From assembly GCA_028715295.1 (NCBI GenBank), contig JAQUSD010000002.1:3385-67384 (forward strand): 64,000 nt of DNA, in the 5' to 3' direction. Shown in pieces: positions 1 to 10,487 of the stretch. Position 1 is the first letter of the stretch, and every line of letters starts with the position of its first letter. A program made the translations under genes and the position numbers. The stretch is from Candidatus Nanoarchaeia archaeon (GTDB lineage: Archaea > Nanobdellota > Nanobdellia > JAQUSD01). The notes under the pieces were generated by a model that was not told the DNA's origin, ran no database searches, and worked only from the letters and a program-made list of their open reading frames with translations.

Positions 1-173
1 TTTTTCTCAGGATTAATAACCAGAATAATTTCTTTTATGCCTGCTTCCTTAAGTTCGTCAAGATGATAGGATATGAGTGGTTTCCCACAGAATCTTATCA
101 TCTCCTTTGCCTGAGTATGACTTACTGGGTACATTCTTTCGCCTTTTCCGCCTGCAAGAACAACTGCTTTCAT
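1..173 (-). CDS. Sugar-phosphate nucleotidyltransferase, N-terminal part (runs off the window)
   Basis: Hand translation MKAVVLAGGKGERMYPVSHTQAKEMIRFCGKPLI matches the LAGGxGxR...K nucleotidyltransferase motif; start overlaps the stop of the phosphohexomutase gene. Confidence 0.9.
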   Translation of the reverse strand, partial: MKAVVLAGGKGERMYPVSHTQAKEMIRFCGKPLISYHLDELKEAGIKEIILVINPEK

Positions 174-1510
174 TTGTTAAACCTCTTTATTAAATTCAAG
201 TATTGATTGCATATTTTAAATGTTTTCTCTTTTGATTTAGATTCAATAAACAATCTTAATATGTCCTCTGTTCCTGATTTTCTCAAAAGAAATACATGTT
301 CATCATCTGCAATCCTAAGTCCGTCTGTTGAATCAATCTTGTTGTCTTTTTCAAGAATTCCTTTTACTTTTTCCATAACTTCATCCTTATTCCATGAAGT
401 TATTGTTTTTGAAAAAGAATAATATTTAGGAATTTCTGAGACAAGGCTTGAAACAGACATATTGTATTTCTCAACAATAGATGTTAAAAAGCATGCATAA
501 AAAGAAGCATCAGGATATATGACATGTTCTGCATCAATCCAGTGTCCATTTGGCTCGCCTCCGAACTCTGCGTTATGTTTTTTAATTGCCTCTTCCACAA
601 ATATATCCCCGACTTTTGAATAGATTAAATCTGCTTTTCCTTTAACAAAATCATAAAGCGCGTTTGAAGTGTCTATTGAAGCAACTATCTTTGGACTATT
701 CTTAAGGTATTCTTTTGCAAAAAGGCAGAAAAGTCTGTTCCCATTTACAAAGTTTCCATTTTCATCAATAACACTTAATCTGTCTGCATCACAGTCATAA
801 GCTATCCCAAAATCATAATTCCCATACTCCACTTCTCTTGAAAGCTTTGCAAGATTATACTTTGTAGGGTTTGACTGCCTTCCAGGAAATGAGCCGTCCA
901 AAGAGTAATTTATTTTTTGGACATTCCTCACCCCAAGACATTCCATCATCCTCTTTGTTGTTAAAATTCCTGCACCATGCCCGCTGTCAATAATAAGAGA
1001 GATGTCACTGAATGCTCTTGGCTTGAATCTTTTTGTAAGAGATTTCAATGAAGACTCAACATAGGCATCATACGCTTCTTCCCTAAGCCATTCTATGGTT
1101 CCTCTTCTGCACTTTTTATCAGACGCGTAAAAGCATTTTTTTAACAGATCAAGCTGTTCATTGTTAAAGCCAGTGGTATCATTTCTTGTGAACTTAAACC
1201 CATTGTGTTCTTTTGTCAGATGGGAAGCAGTAACCTGAACACCTGCATCTGCATTAAAAAATTTTGTTGCAAATGCGATAAGCGGTGTTGGAGTCAAGCC
1301 GATTTCAATAACATTAATTCCCGAACATACAGCTCCTTCAATAAATGCCTTATAAAGAACATTGCTTGATGTTCTTGAATCCTGCCCAACTACAATTTTT
1401 CCTTCATTTTCAAGATATTTTCCAAGCGCTTTACCAAGCTTTTCAGCAATATTTTCATTTATTTCCTCAGGGTAAACTCCCCTTACATCATACCTCTTGA
1501 AGATTTCCAT
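170..1510 (-). CDS. Phosphoglucomutase/phosphomannomutase family protein
   Basis: FKRYDVRG, TASH phosphoserine loop, DCDADR metal loop, GGEPNGH, RKSGTE; ATG at 1510 chosen as start. Confidence 0.93.
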   Translation of the reverse strand: MEIFKRYDVRGVYPEEINENIAEKLGKALGKYLENEGKIVVGQDSRTSSNVLYKAFIEGAVCSGINVIEIGLTPTPLIAFATKFFNADAGVQVTASHLTKEHNGFKFTRNDTTGFNNEQLDLLKKCFYASDKKCRRGTIEWLREEAYDAYVESSLKSLTKRFKPRAFSDISLIIDSGHGAGILTTKRMMECLGVRNVQKINYSLDGSFPGRQSNPTKYNLAKLSREVEYGNYDFGIAYDCDADRLSVIDENGNFVNGNRLFCLFAKEYLKNSPKIVASIDTSNALYDFVKGKADLIYSKVGDIFVEEAIKKHNAEFGGEPNGHWIDAEHVIYPDASFYACFLTSIVEKYNMSVSSLVSEIPKYYSFSKTITSWNKDEVMEKVKGILEKDNKIDSTDGLRIADDEHVFLLRKSGTEDILRLFIESKSKEKTFKICNQYLNLIKRFNK

Positions 1511-1565
1511 AATAAAAACCTGAACAGCCAAATATATAAAAACAACTGTTTAGATTGTTATTATT

Positions 1566-2612
1566 ATGATAATATTAAAACAAAATGCTAAAACAGGTGA
1601 AGTCAAGGTTAGAGTCAGCTCTTATGATGATTTATGGCATTTATACCATGTTATATCCAAAGGGGACATAATATCAGGAAAAACAACAAGAAGGATTAAA
1701 TTTGGCGATAAATCAGAAAAGAAAACAGTATTCCTGAAAATTGAGGTTGAAAAAGCAGAACTTCATGAAAGTTCCAGCACATTGAGGGCTTTGGGCAGAA
1801 TAATTGAAGGTCCTGAGGAAGTTTCAAGAACACACCACTCTTTTGAAATAGACTCTGGAACTATTGTTGAGATTAAAAAAGACAAGTGGAAAAAATACGA
1901 GATTGACAGGATTAAAGAAGCAGTAAAATCAAGTTCAAGAGCAAAACTTCTTATATGTGTGTTTGAGATTGGAAAGGCAAATTTTGGGGTTTTAAGGGAT
2001 TATGGAGTGCAGATGCTTGGGGATTATACCCTGACTATCCCAGGCAAGAGGAAAGAAGTAATGAATGAATACCAAAAATCAAAAGAACAGTTTATTAAGG
2101 AGCTTGGAAAAAACCTGATTTCGCTTGCAGATGTCCATAATGTCAAAAAGATACTTCTTGGAGCAAACCAGTTTGATTTGGATAATTTCACAGAAATTCA
2201 CGGGAAAAATAACAATTTAATCAACATGCTTATTCCTGTTCAGATATCTACAATTGATATAACTGGGATTAATGAATTAATAAGAAATAAAAAAGTTGAA
2301 AAAATAATTGAGGAAAACAGGATTGCAAGAGAAACTAAAAAAGTTGAACAATTCATTGAAGAACTTGCTAAAAATGGACTTATAATCTATGGTTTTGATG
2401 AAGTTAAGCAGGCAACAGAACTTGGTGCTGTAAGGGAATTATTAGTTACTGATAAATTAATACAGGAAAAGAAATCAGAAGTTGAGCCAATAATTGAAAG
2501 TGTTGAAATTCAGAAGGGGCAGATTGTAATAATATCAACAAGCCATGATGCAGGAAAGAAACTCCACGGATTTGGTGGGATTGCAGGATTTTTAAGATAT
2601 AGAATTAGTTAA
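1566..2612 (+). CDS. pelA: Pelota (Dom34) ribosome rescue protein
   Basis: DDLWHLY, eRF1-like C-terminus GAVRELLVTD...GFGGIAGFLRY. Confidence 0.95.
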   Translation: MIILKQNAKTGEVKVRVSSYDDLWHLYHVISKGDIISGKTTRRIKFGDKSEKKTVFLKIEVEKAELHESSSTLRALGRIIEGPEEVSRTHHSFEIDSGTIVEIKKDKWKKYEIDRIKEAVKSSSRAKLLICVFEIGKANFGVLRDYGVQMLGDYTLTIPGKRKEVMNEYQKSKEQFIKELGKNLISLADVHNVKKILLGANQFDLDNFTEIHGKNNNLINMLIPVQISTIDITGINELIRNKKVEKIIEENRIARETKKVEQFIEELAKNGLIIYGFDEVKQATELGAVRELLVTDKLIQEKKSEVEPIIESVEIQKGQIVIISTSHDAGKKLHGFGGIAGFLRYRIS

Positions 2613-4006
2613 AGCAGTTTCTTAAGAACTCTTCTGACTATATCTGGATGAGCTCTTGATTTTGTTTCTCTCATAACCTGTCCAAATAAAAAGTTAAAGG
2701 AATTTTCATTTCCCCTTTCATAATCATCAACTGCTTTTTTGTTTTTTTCAAGGACTTTTTTCACAACTGCTTCGATTTCCTTGTCATTTGTAATTGCTTC
2801 ACCACCCATTTTTTTTACAATTTCTTTTGGTGAAGTTCCTTTTTCAACAAAAACTTTGATTACTTCTTTTGCCTGTCTTGGGGATATTTTCTCTTTTTCT
2901 ATAAATTCCATTAATTCCATAAACCCGTTCTTTGAAACATCATTTATTGTGATACTATTATAATTAATGCATTTAAGCAAATCCCCTAAAACCCAGTTTG
3001 CAAGCAGTTCATAATTCTTTATTTTCTTTGCACATTCTTCAAAGAAATCAGCAAGATGCTTGTCAAGAACAATTGTATCAGCAACTGATTTATCAAGCTT
3101 ATACTGTTCATGTATTCTTTTGGCTCTTGCATCAGGAAGTTCAGGAAGAACATCTCTCATCTTAGCAAGATAATCTGTTTCAAGAGTTATTACAGGCAAA
3201 TCAGGTTCAAAGATATAACCGTAATCTGCTTCAGCTTCTTTTTTTCTTAAAGTGTGTGTTGTTCCTGTTTCAGTTTCAAAATGTCTTGTTTCTCTCTCAA
3301 TTTTACCGCTTGATTTCATCTCTTTATTCTGTCTTTCAATTTCGTATTTTAAAGCAGCTTCAATTGACTTGAAACCGGAAATATTTTTTACTTCAACCCT
3401 TTCCCCGCCTTCAATGGAAACATTTGCATCAGCTTTGATTGTGCAGAAATCAGGATTAAAAATACCTAGATGCTGTAGTATTGAATTCAGCTTGTTCATA
3501 AAAATTCTTGCTTCTTCAGGGGACTCCATATCCGGTTCAGTGACTATTTCGCATAAAGGCATGCCTGAGCGGTTGTAATCCATTAGAGTGTATTTAGCAT
3601 CTGTTATTTTACCAATATGAATTAATTTAGCAGGGTCTTCTTCCATATGAACTCTCCTTATTCTTATTTTCTTTTTCTTTCCATTTAAGTCAATTTCAAT
3701 ATATCCATTTCTTGAAAGAGGAGATTCATTCTGTGTAATCTGGAAGTTTTTTCCCATGTCTGGATAAAAATAAATTTTTCTTGAAAAATAAGTTTCTTTA
3801 GGGAAAGTGCAGTTAAGAGCCATTGAAAGCTTTACTGCATAATCCAAAACTTTTTTATTAAAAACAGGAAGCGAGCCGGGCAAACCAAGACATATGCTGC
3901 ATGTTGCTGTATTCGGCTTTGATTCATCATATCCAGTAGGACATCTGCAGAACATCTTGCTCTTTGTTGCAAGCTGTACATGAATTTCAAGTCCTATCAT
4001 TGTCAT
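2609..4006 (-). CDS. gatB: Asp-tRNA(Asn)/Glu-tRNA(Gln) amidotransferase subunit B
   Basis: IGLEIHVQL, FSRKIYFYPD, HMEEDPAK, YNRSGMPLCEIVTEPD, Yqey tail. Confidence 0.97.
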   Translation of the reverse strand: MTMIGLEIHVQLATKSKMFCRCPTGYDESKPNTATCSICLGLPGSLPVFNKKVLDYAVKLSMALNCTFPKETYFSRKIYFYPDMGKNFQITQNESPLSRNGYIEIDLNGKKKKIRIRRVHMEEDPAKLIHIGKITDAKYTLMDYNRSGMPLCEIVTEPDMESPEEARIFMNKLNSILQHLGIFNPDFCTIKADANVSIEGGERVEVKNISGFKSIEAALKYEIERQNKEMKSSGKIERETRHFETETGTTHTLRKKEAEADYGYIFEPDLPVITLETDYLAKMRDVLPELPDARAKRIHEQYKLDKSVADTIVLDKHLADFFEECAKKIKNYELLANWVLGDLLKCINYNSITINDVSKNGFMELMEFIEKEKISPRQAKEVIKVFVEKGTSPKEIVKKMGGEAITNDKEIEAVVKKVLEKNKKAVDDYERGNENSFNFLFGQVMRETKSRAHPDIVRRVLKKLL

Positions 4007-5343
4007 ATTTCCGCCCCCCTGTTTAAATTTGCTTTTTGTTCATAAGCATACGCTGTATGGATGAGCTTTGATTCATCAAGATGATTTCCTATAATATGAA
4101 GTCCAACAGGCATATTATCAGCAAAACCGCATGGCACTGAAATCATAGGTATCCCTGCAAGATTGGGTGCAACTGTAAGAATATCCATTGCCCAATTCTG
4201 TAAAGGAGTAAGTTTTGATATTTCATCAAAACGCGGAGCAATAACCGGCATTGTCGGAGATGCCAAAACATCAACTTTCTTAAATGCTTTTTTGAAATCA
4301 TCAATTATCATCTGCCTGATTTTCATTGCTTTCAAGTAATATGCATCACGGTATCCGCTCATTCTTGTGAATGTTCCAAGCATTATTCTTCTTTTTGCTT
4401 CTTCTCCAAAATATTTAGTCCTTACTTTTGAAGCAAATTCATCAAAGTTTCCTTTAAGGGGCAAGGTTGCTCCATACCTTATACCGCAGTACTTTGCGAG
4501 ATTTGTTGATGCTTCTGAAACTGCAATAATGTAATATGAAGAGAGTGCATATTTTGTCATTGGAAGCGAAACTTTCTCAGTCTTTGCACCGAGAGATTCA
4601 AGAGTTTCAACTGCTTTGTAAAAATGGCTTTTGACTTTTTCATCAATTCCTTCTGAAAGGTACTCCTTTGGTATTCCTATTTTAATTCCTTTGAGATTTG
4701 TCCTGCATGATTTTGTGTAATCAGGAACTTTTTCATTTATTGAAGTTGAATCTTTTTCATCATACCCTGCAATTATACTTAACCCGAGAGCAGCATCTTT
4801 TACATTGCCTGCAATTATTCCGGGCTTGTCAAGAGAATTTGCATAAGCCAGCAAACCCCAACGGGAACATCTGCCGTATGTTGGTGTTATGCCCACAGTT
4901 CCGGTAAATGATGCGGGTGCTGATATTGAACCTCCCGTTGATTCAGCAACAGCAATGTGCTTTTCAAGAACAGCAGATATGCATCCTGCACCACCTGAAC
5001 TTCCTCCGCATGAACGGTTTAAGTCCCAGGGATTTTTAGGTATTTTATAAGCACAGTTTGCTGAAAAAGTTCCAAACCCAAACTCGTCCATTGCTGTTTT
5101 TCCAATTATTAAACCACCTTCATTTTTAACTTTTTCAACAACAGTAGCATCAAAAAGAGGAATGTAATTTTCAAGTATTTTAGAACCTGCAGTTGTTCTC
5201 AAGCCATTAGTGCAGAAGCAGTCTTTTACAGAAACAGTATATCCTGACAATTTCCCCTCACAAAGAGGTTTTGATTTCTCATCTACTGTAATAAAACAGT
5301 CCAGCTTTCTGTCCAAATCCTTAACTTTGTTTATTATATTCAT
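4003..5343 (-). CDS. gatA: Amidotransferase subunit A (amidase)
   Basis: Amidase signature GGSSGG...ESTGGSI; lies between gatC and gatB. Confidence 0.96.
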   Translation of the reverse strand: MNIINKVKDLDRKLDCFITVDEKSKPLCEGKLSGYTVSVKDCFCTNGLRTTAGSKILENYIPLFDATVVEKVKNEGGLIIGKTAMDEFGFGTFSANCAYKIPKNPWDLNRSCGGSSGGAGCISAVLEKHIAVAESTGGSISAPASFTGTVGITPTYGRCSRWGLLAYANSLDKPGIIAGNVKDAALGLSIIAGYDEKDSTSINEKVPDYTKSCRTNLKGIKIGIPKEYLSEGIDEKVKSHFYKAVETLESLGAKTEKVSLPMTKYALSSYYIIAVSEASTNLAKYCGIRYGATLPLKGNFDEFASKVRTKYFGEEAKRRIMLGTFTRMSGYRDAYYLKAMKIRQMIIDDFKKAFKKVDVLASPTMPVIAPRFDEISKLTPLQNWAMDILTVAPNLAGIPMISVPCGFADNMPVGLHIIGNHLDESKLIHTAYAYEQKANLNRGAEI

Positions 5344-5621
5344 ATTATCTTAGGCCCCCTGAAAAATCCGTTTTCCTTGTGTTCTGTCATGCTCAGAGCC
5401 TGTTTAGTGGACAAGCATTCTGTTACTCTGTCTTCTGACATCACGTTTTTTGTTTCAACAGGATGAAAACAAGGGTTTATTTTACCAGTATCAACCTCGT
5501 CAATAACTTCAAATTCCTTCAATATATCTGAAAACTGTTTTGAAAATTTTTTAATTTCGTCAGAACTTAATTCAAGACGGCTTGCTTTTGCAATATGTTC
5601 CACTGTTTTCTCGTCTATCAT
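5340..5621 (-). CDS. gatC: Amidotransferase subunit C
   Basis: VEHIAKASRLEL...GFFRGPKI; operon position. Confidence 0.93.
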   Translation of the reverse strand: MIDEKTVEHIAKASRLELSSDEIKKFSKQFSDILKEFEVIDEVDTGKINPCFHPVETKNVMSEDRVTECLSTKQALSMTEHKENGFFRGPKII

Positions 5622-5660
5622 TGCATATCATAAAAACCATTAGATTATTTAATCTTTACT

Positions 5661-6284
5661 TTAAACAGTTGTAATTTTCCACAACCCAACTGCAACATCA
5701 TAGTTCTTTTTCTCATGGACTTTCATGGTTGGTTTAAGGTTGAACCTGTAAGTATTGATTAAAGAACATCTTACACCTTTATTAGAACAGTATTTTTCAA
5801 TATAACCTCTTGTTTCAAGTTTATGCATTGAATAAACAACAGGAGCTATCTGAAGGGCTTTTTCAAGAAAAATAATGTCTATATGCTTGTTTTTAGTCCC
5901 AAAAGGAGGGTTCTGTATTGCTGTCTCTGCCTTAAGAGAACTGTCAAGCTTTGCTACATCCCTGACAAAAAATCTGAGATTAAGCTTTTGATTTAAAAGG
6001 GTTTCAGCAAATTTTCTGTTGTCTTTTGCAGTTTCTATTGCATCAGCATCAATATCAACAGCATCAACTTTTGCACCAAGAACAGAAGCGCCTATTGAAA
6101 GTATGCCTGTACCGCATCCTAAATCAATCACCTTCCTGTTGTATAAGTCATTATTCATATATGCTGTCCAAAGAAAATCGGCTGCGAACTCGCTTGGCGT
6201 AGAATACTGTTCATATTTCATCTTGGGAACCTCAAACGTTTTTAATTTTGAAAGGAACACAGCAAGTTCTTTCTTGGATTTCAT
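5661..6284 (-). CDS. METTL5-family N6-adenine RNA methyltransferase
   Basis: EQYSTP, DLGCGTG SAM motif, NPPFG catalytic motif. Confidence 0.9.
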   Translation of the reverse strand: MKSKKELAVFLSKLKTFEVPKMKYEQYSTPSEFAADFLWTAYMNNDLYNRKVIDLGCGTGILSIGASVLGAKVDAVDIDADAIETAKDNRKFAETLLNQKLNLRFFVRDVAKLDSSLKAETAIQNPPFGTKNKHIDIIFLEKALQIAPVVYSMHKLETRGYIEKYCSNKGVRCSLINTYRFNLKPTMKVHEKKNYDVAVGLWKITTV

Positions 6285-6326
6285 TTATGAAAACAATTAT
6301 TAATCCAGATTTAATAAATTATTCTT

Positions 6327-7946
6327 ATGGACAAGGAAGTGTTACTGTTAAAGAAGAAAATGGGGGAAAACCTAATTGCTGTTCTTAAAAACAAAAAGAA
6401 AACTATTCTTTTGATAAATGACATGCTTGTTCCAAAAGATGAAGAACTTAAGTTTAGGATAGATATGTCTAAACTTGCTGGGAAACATGAGGTTATCCTC
6501 CTTAATTCTCTTTGGGAGCAGATGTCAAAAGGAGAAAAATCACTTTTAAACACAATAGCTTCATCAAAATCAATTCATGATGAAGGAACATATGAAATAA
6601 TAAAAACAGCTAAAAAATTAACTGAAAATGTTGTTGATAAATTTGGAGAACATGTAGTGTGTGCAGTTCTTTATGGTTCTGCTGTTATGGGCAGAGCAAC
6701 AACAGACATTGATATTGCATTTATTGTAAATGACACTGACTTAAAAGATATGACGAGAAGCGAAGCAAGAGAAAAGCTTTCTGCAATAATAAACAGCATT
6801 GCAATAGGTTCAAGTTCAAAAAGAAAGCCTCATGTCCAGGTATATATGCTCAGTTCATTCTGGGAGTCTGTAAGAGATGCAAATCCAGTAATATTTACAT
6901 TGATAAGAGACGGGGTTCCATTCCATGATATCGGACTTTTTATGCCATGGAAAAATCTTTTGAAAATGGGGAAAATAAAGCCTTCTGTTGAAGCAATAGA
7001 CAATTTCCTCTTAAGCGCAAACATATTTATTAAAAAACTTAAAGACCAGATTACAGACATGACTATAGATGATTTGTGGTATGTTATGATTAATCCTGCT
7101 CAGGCAAGTTTAATGATGTACGGCATGGCTCCTGCAAACCATAAAGAAACCATAAACCTTGTAAACAGGATTTTGGTTAAAAAAGAAAAAATCCTTGAAA
7201 AAAAATATTATATCTGGCTTAAGGATATTTTTGAAGCAAGGAAAAGATTTGAGCATGATGAAAAAACTGTTTCTGCGTCCGAGCTTGCAAAATACATGAA
7301 AAAGGCTGATGAGTATCTTGAGAGAATGTCAAAATTGTTTGATGAAGTGAGGGAGAAAAAATTCAAGCATGATATTGTTTCAATAGAAACAAACCTGAAA
7401 AAAAATGTTGAAAAAGCAATAACAAGCATGGGTATTAAAAAAGGGAAAAGAAAGCTGATGGACGCATTTAAGGAAGAAATAATAAAGGAAGGTGTTCTGC
7501 CAAAAACTTACCTTGCCTCAATAGAATATTTTTATAAGATAAAAGAAGATTACAGAAGCGGAAAGATAACTTCTGAAGAAATAAGAAAAGCTAGGAATGA
7601 AGTTGAATCTCTGATTTCTGAACTCAGAAAGTTCATGAAAGAAAAGCAGAAAGACAGGACAGAGGCGCTTAAGATAAAATTCAAGCATGGAGAACAGATG
7701 GGATATATGTGGATTGTTGGAAAAAAAGCGTTTATTGTTAAGGACTCAAAAAAACCAAATGAGGTTTATTCAGCAAAAATAAATAAAACAGGAAAGTTCA
7801 CTGATATAAAACAAACAGGGAGAGAGGACATGCAGAATGCAATGGAAAAAACAAAGATTGTAGAGGAAGCATTTATAAAAGAGAAGACTTTTGAAAGCCT
7901 TAAAAAGATGTTTGATGGAAGTGTTGAATTCCTTCTTGGAGAATAA
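6327..7946 (+). CDS. Minimal nucleotidyltransferase (MNT) - HEPN fusion protein
   Basis: LYGS...TDID polbeta-type motif; helical region with RKRFEH (Rx4H); degenerate MNT copy at the N-terminus. Confidence 0.75.
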   Translation: MDKEVLLLKKKMGENLIAVLKNKKKTILLINDMLVPKDEELKFRIDMSKLAGKHEVILLNSLWEQMSKGEKSLLNTIASSKSIHDEGTYEIIKTAKKLTENVVDKFGEHVVCAVLYGSAVMGRATTDIDIAFIVNDTDLKDMTRSEAREKLSAIINSIAIGSSSKRKPHVQVYMLSSFWESVRDANPVIFTLIRDGVPFHDIGLFMPWKNLLKMGKIKPSVEAIDNFLLSANIFIKKLKDQITDMTIDDLWYVMINPAQASLMMYGMAPANHKETINLVNRILVKKEKILEKKYYIWLKDIFEARKRFEHDEKTVSASELAKYMKKADEYLERMSKLFDEVREKKFKHDIVSIETNLKKNVEKAITSMGIKKGKRKLMDAFKEEIIKEGVLPKTYLASIEYFYKIKEDYRSGKITSEEIRKARNEVESLISELRKFMKEKQKDRTEALKIKFKHGEQMGYMWIVGKKAFIVKDSKKPNEVYSAKINKTGKFTDIKQTGREDMQNAMEKTKIVEEAFIKEKTFESLKKMFDGSVEFLLGE

Positions 7947-7948
7947 GC

Positions 7949-8851
7949 ATGAATGAAGAAATCGTAAGGCGTTATGAACAAATGTTCGGAGATGAATACA
8001 ACAAGGTTCTTGCAAGTTTCAGCAGAAAGTATGTAAAATCAATAAGGATTAACACTCTGAAAATAAAGCAGGACATTATTGCTGAAAGATTAAAGAAAAA
8101 AGGTTTTGTTCTTCAAAAATCAGAATTTAATGAAAATTCTTTTAAAGTTTTAAGAGAAAAATATTCCATAAGTTCAACACCGGAATATCTTATGGGTTAT
8201 TATTTCATACAGGATGAAATAAGTTCAGTTCCTGTTCTTGAACTTAACCCGAATGAAAATGAACTTGTTCTGGACATGGCTGCATCCCCTGGGGGAAAAA
8301 CCACACATATGGCTGAACTTATGAAGAATAAAGGATGTATTGTTTCTCTTGAAATCAACAAAGACAGGATGGAGAGCTTAAAAGCCAATGTTTCAAGACT
8401 GGGAGTAAAGAATGTTGTTGCTTTGAGAATGGATGCAAGAAGAGCAGATGAACTTGGACTTAAATTTGATAAAATACTCCTTGACGCCCCATGTTCAGGA
8501 GAGGGCATGATGGTAAGAGACAGAAAAAGAATGGACTCCCTGAATTTAGAAGAATACAACAGATTTTCAGTGCTTCAGAAAGAACTTGTTGACACAGCAT
8601 ATAAAGTTCTTAAAAAAAATGGGATTGTGGTTTACTCAACATGTTCCATGGCTATTGAGGAAAATGAATCTGTTATACAGTATGCTATTGACAAAGGTTT
8701 TAAACTTGTGAAACAGGAAAACATGGGGGATGAAGCAAAAACTGAGTTTCTTGACAATAAATTTGACAAAACAATGAATTTAGCAAAGCGGTTTTATCCT
8801 CATAAGCATGGAACTGGATTTTTTACTGCAAAAATGGTGAAAAACTTTTAA
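7949..8851 (+). CDS. RsmB/Nop2-family RNA m5C methyltransferase
   Basis: VLDMAASPGGKT, DAPCSGEG, YSTCS motifs. Confidence 0.95.
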   Translation: MNEEIVRRYEQMFGDEYNKVLASFSRKYVKSIRINTLKIKQDIIAERLKKKGFVLQKSEFNENSFKVLREKYSISSTPEYLMGYYFIQDEISSVPVLELNPNENELVLDMAASPGGKTTHMAELMKNKGCIVSLEINKDRMESLKANVSRLGVKNVVALRMDARRADELGLKFDKILLDAPCSGEGMMVRDRKRMDSLNLEEYNRFSVLQKELVDTAYKVLKKNGIVVYSTCSMAIEENESVIQYAIDKGFKLVKQENMGDEAKTEFLDNKFDKTMNLAKRFYPHKHGTGFFTAKMVKNF

Positions 8852-8901
8852 ATGCAAAGCATTTGAAAGTCAGAATTTGATAAAAATAAGATGGTGAAAG
8901 A

Positions 8902-9351
8902 ATGAAATATGAAAAAGTTGATTTAGAAGAAGTAAAAACAAAAGATATTCTTTTAGCAGTGACTTTCACTAAGAAACAGGTTTACATGGTTTCAGAAAAG
9001 GCATGGGAGGTTATACAGACAATTCAGAAAAAAGAAAGGTTTCCTTTTTTTGCAGGGATTTACATAGGGGATATGATTAAAGACAAATATTACCCTTCAA
9101 TAAGTGCAGGTGATTATCTTAAACTTAAGAAAGTAAAGGTAAAAGATGATGCTTTAATGAAGTTCACTTATGGAAGAGATATACAGAACAGGGACATAAT
9201 ACAAAAAGAAGGTGAATTGAGAGAAATGGTAAGGGTTGTAAATAAAGATAATGAATTTGTAGGACTTGGTTATATAAGGGAATTTGGAATAAAGAGAGTC
9301 GCTGATATAGGGGAATATTTAAGACTTGAAAAAAGAAAGAATCAGAATTAA
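8902..9351 (+). CDS. NIP7-like PUA-domain protein
   Basis: FTYGRDI...VRVVN...VGLG...DIGEYLR PUA/NIP7 pattern; follows the Nop2-family gene as in other archaea. Confidence 0.7.
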   Translation: MKYEKVDLEEVKTKDILLAVTFTKKQVYMVSEKAWEVIQTIQKKERFPFFAGIYIGDMIKDKYYPSISAGDYLKLKKVKVKDDALMKFTYGRDIQNRDIIQKEGELREMVRVVNKDNEFVGLGYIREFGIKRVADIGEYLRLEKRKNQN

Positions 9352-9839
9352 TATGCATTATTGTTTTCAGATTTTCCCCTGCCACCATATAAAATTTCAA
9401 GAATTTTTGAATGGTTTTGTTCACATTCATTTTCTAAGGAAACCGCATTATGGAACAAGGGATTAAACACATTTGACAATCCACACTGTGAATCACAAAA
9501 ATCAATTACAATGCCTTCAAGTGTTTCTCTGCTTATGCTAAAAGCAAACTCTTTATCAAAAAAGTCTGTATCAAGAAATTTAATTACATTTTTTTTCACA
9601 AATTCCCTGAAATTATCCTTATTCTCCCTGTAGTTGTATTCAAACTCAAAATCATCTATATTGTGCTTTTCTTTAACTTTTTGCACAACCATCATAAAAG
9701 AATCAATAAGTGCATTTTCAAGATGATAATCAAATATCCCTGCTGGACTAAGTCTAGACAACACAACATCTTCATAAAAATTTACATTATCTGAACTTTC
9801 CTTTTTTTTAACTGAAACTGCTGGTTTTACATATTTCAT
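9348..9839 (-). CDS. Hypothetical protein
   Basis: 163-aa ATG ORF filling the intergenic space; TATA-like sequence upstream; no motif recognised. Confidence 0.6.
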   Translation of the reverse strand: MKYVKPAVSVKKKESSDNVNFYEDVVLSRLSPAGIFDYHLENALIDSFMMVVQKVKEKHNIDDFEFEYNYRENKDNFREFVKKNVIKFLDTDFFDKEFAFSISRETLEGIVIDFCDSQCGLSNVFNPLFHNAVSLENECEQNHSKILEILYGGRGKSENNNAY

Positions 9840-9884
9840 AAAAAATTCGACTTTTATCTGATTTATAAGTGTTGTGTTTTAGAA

Positions 9885-10190
9885 CTATTCCCCGTATTCC
9901 ACATATTCAAGATTATATTTTCTTTCCATTTCCTCGGTTATTTCTGAATCCTTGCTGTAATTTGCTTTAACCCATTCTTCAAGTGTAAGTTGCTGTGAGT
10001 GGGTGGATATTATATCTTCAATTTCCCTGGAATCATATTCTGCATCAAGCCATATGTCAATTTCTTCCTTACTCATTCCGCAAAGCATACATAAACTAAT
10101 TATTTTGTAATATTTCTCTGGAGGGATATATTTTGAATACTTTTGAAGCTTCCCGGAATATTCTTTTTTTAAGATTTCATAAGTTTCCAT
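9885..10190 (-). CDS. Hypothetical acidic protein
   Basis: 101-aa ATG ORF with AGTGA SD-like site. Confidence 0.6.
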   Translation of the reverse strand: METYEILKKEYSGKLQKYSKYIPPEKYYKIISLCMLCGMSKEEIDIWLDAEYDSREIEDIISTHSQQLTLEEWVKANYSKDSEITEEMERKYNLEYVEYGE

Positions 10191-10291
10191 TTCAATTCAC
10201 TAATTTTTCCTGTAAATTTACTATCACTTATTTATAATTTTTTAATCATTTTTATTATGTGTTATAAAACTTCACAGTTATTTAAATAGTT

Positions 10292-10477
10292 TTAAAGGAA
10301 ATTTTTGTATACTCCACTTCCCACAGTCATGCCATCATCCGTAAACTTTCCCATAGGACTTATCTCCGAATCTTCCATAATTGTTATTGAAATATCATAG
10401 ATTTTCCTGTTCAATTCCGCATTCTTATCAATTTCATCAATTAATTTTTCTATCTCATCAGCAAATTTTTCACTCAT
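10292..10477 (-). CDS. Small hypothetical protein (ORF E of post-gatE array)
   Basis: ATG 10 nt after the previous stop, AGTGA SD-like site. Confidence 0.55.
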   Translation of the reverse strand: MSEKFADEIEKLIDEIDKNAELNRKIYDISITIMEDSEISPMGKFTDDGMTVGSGVYKNFL

Positions 10478-10487
10478 GTTTATCACT

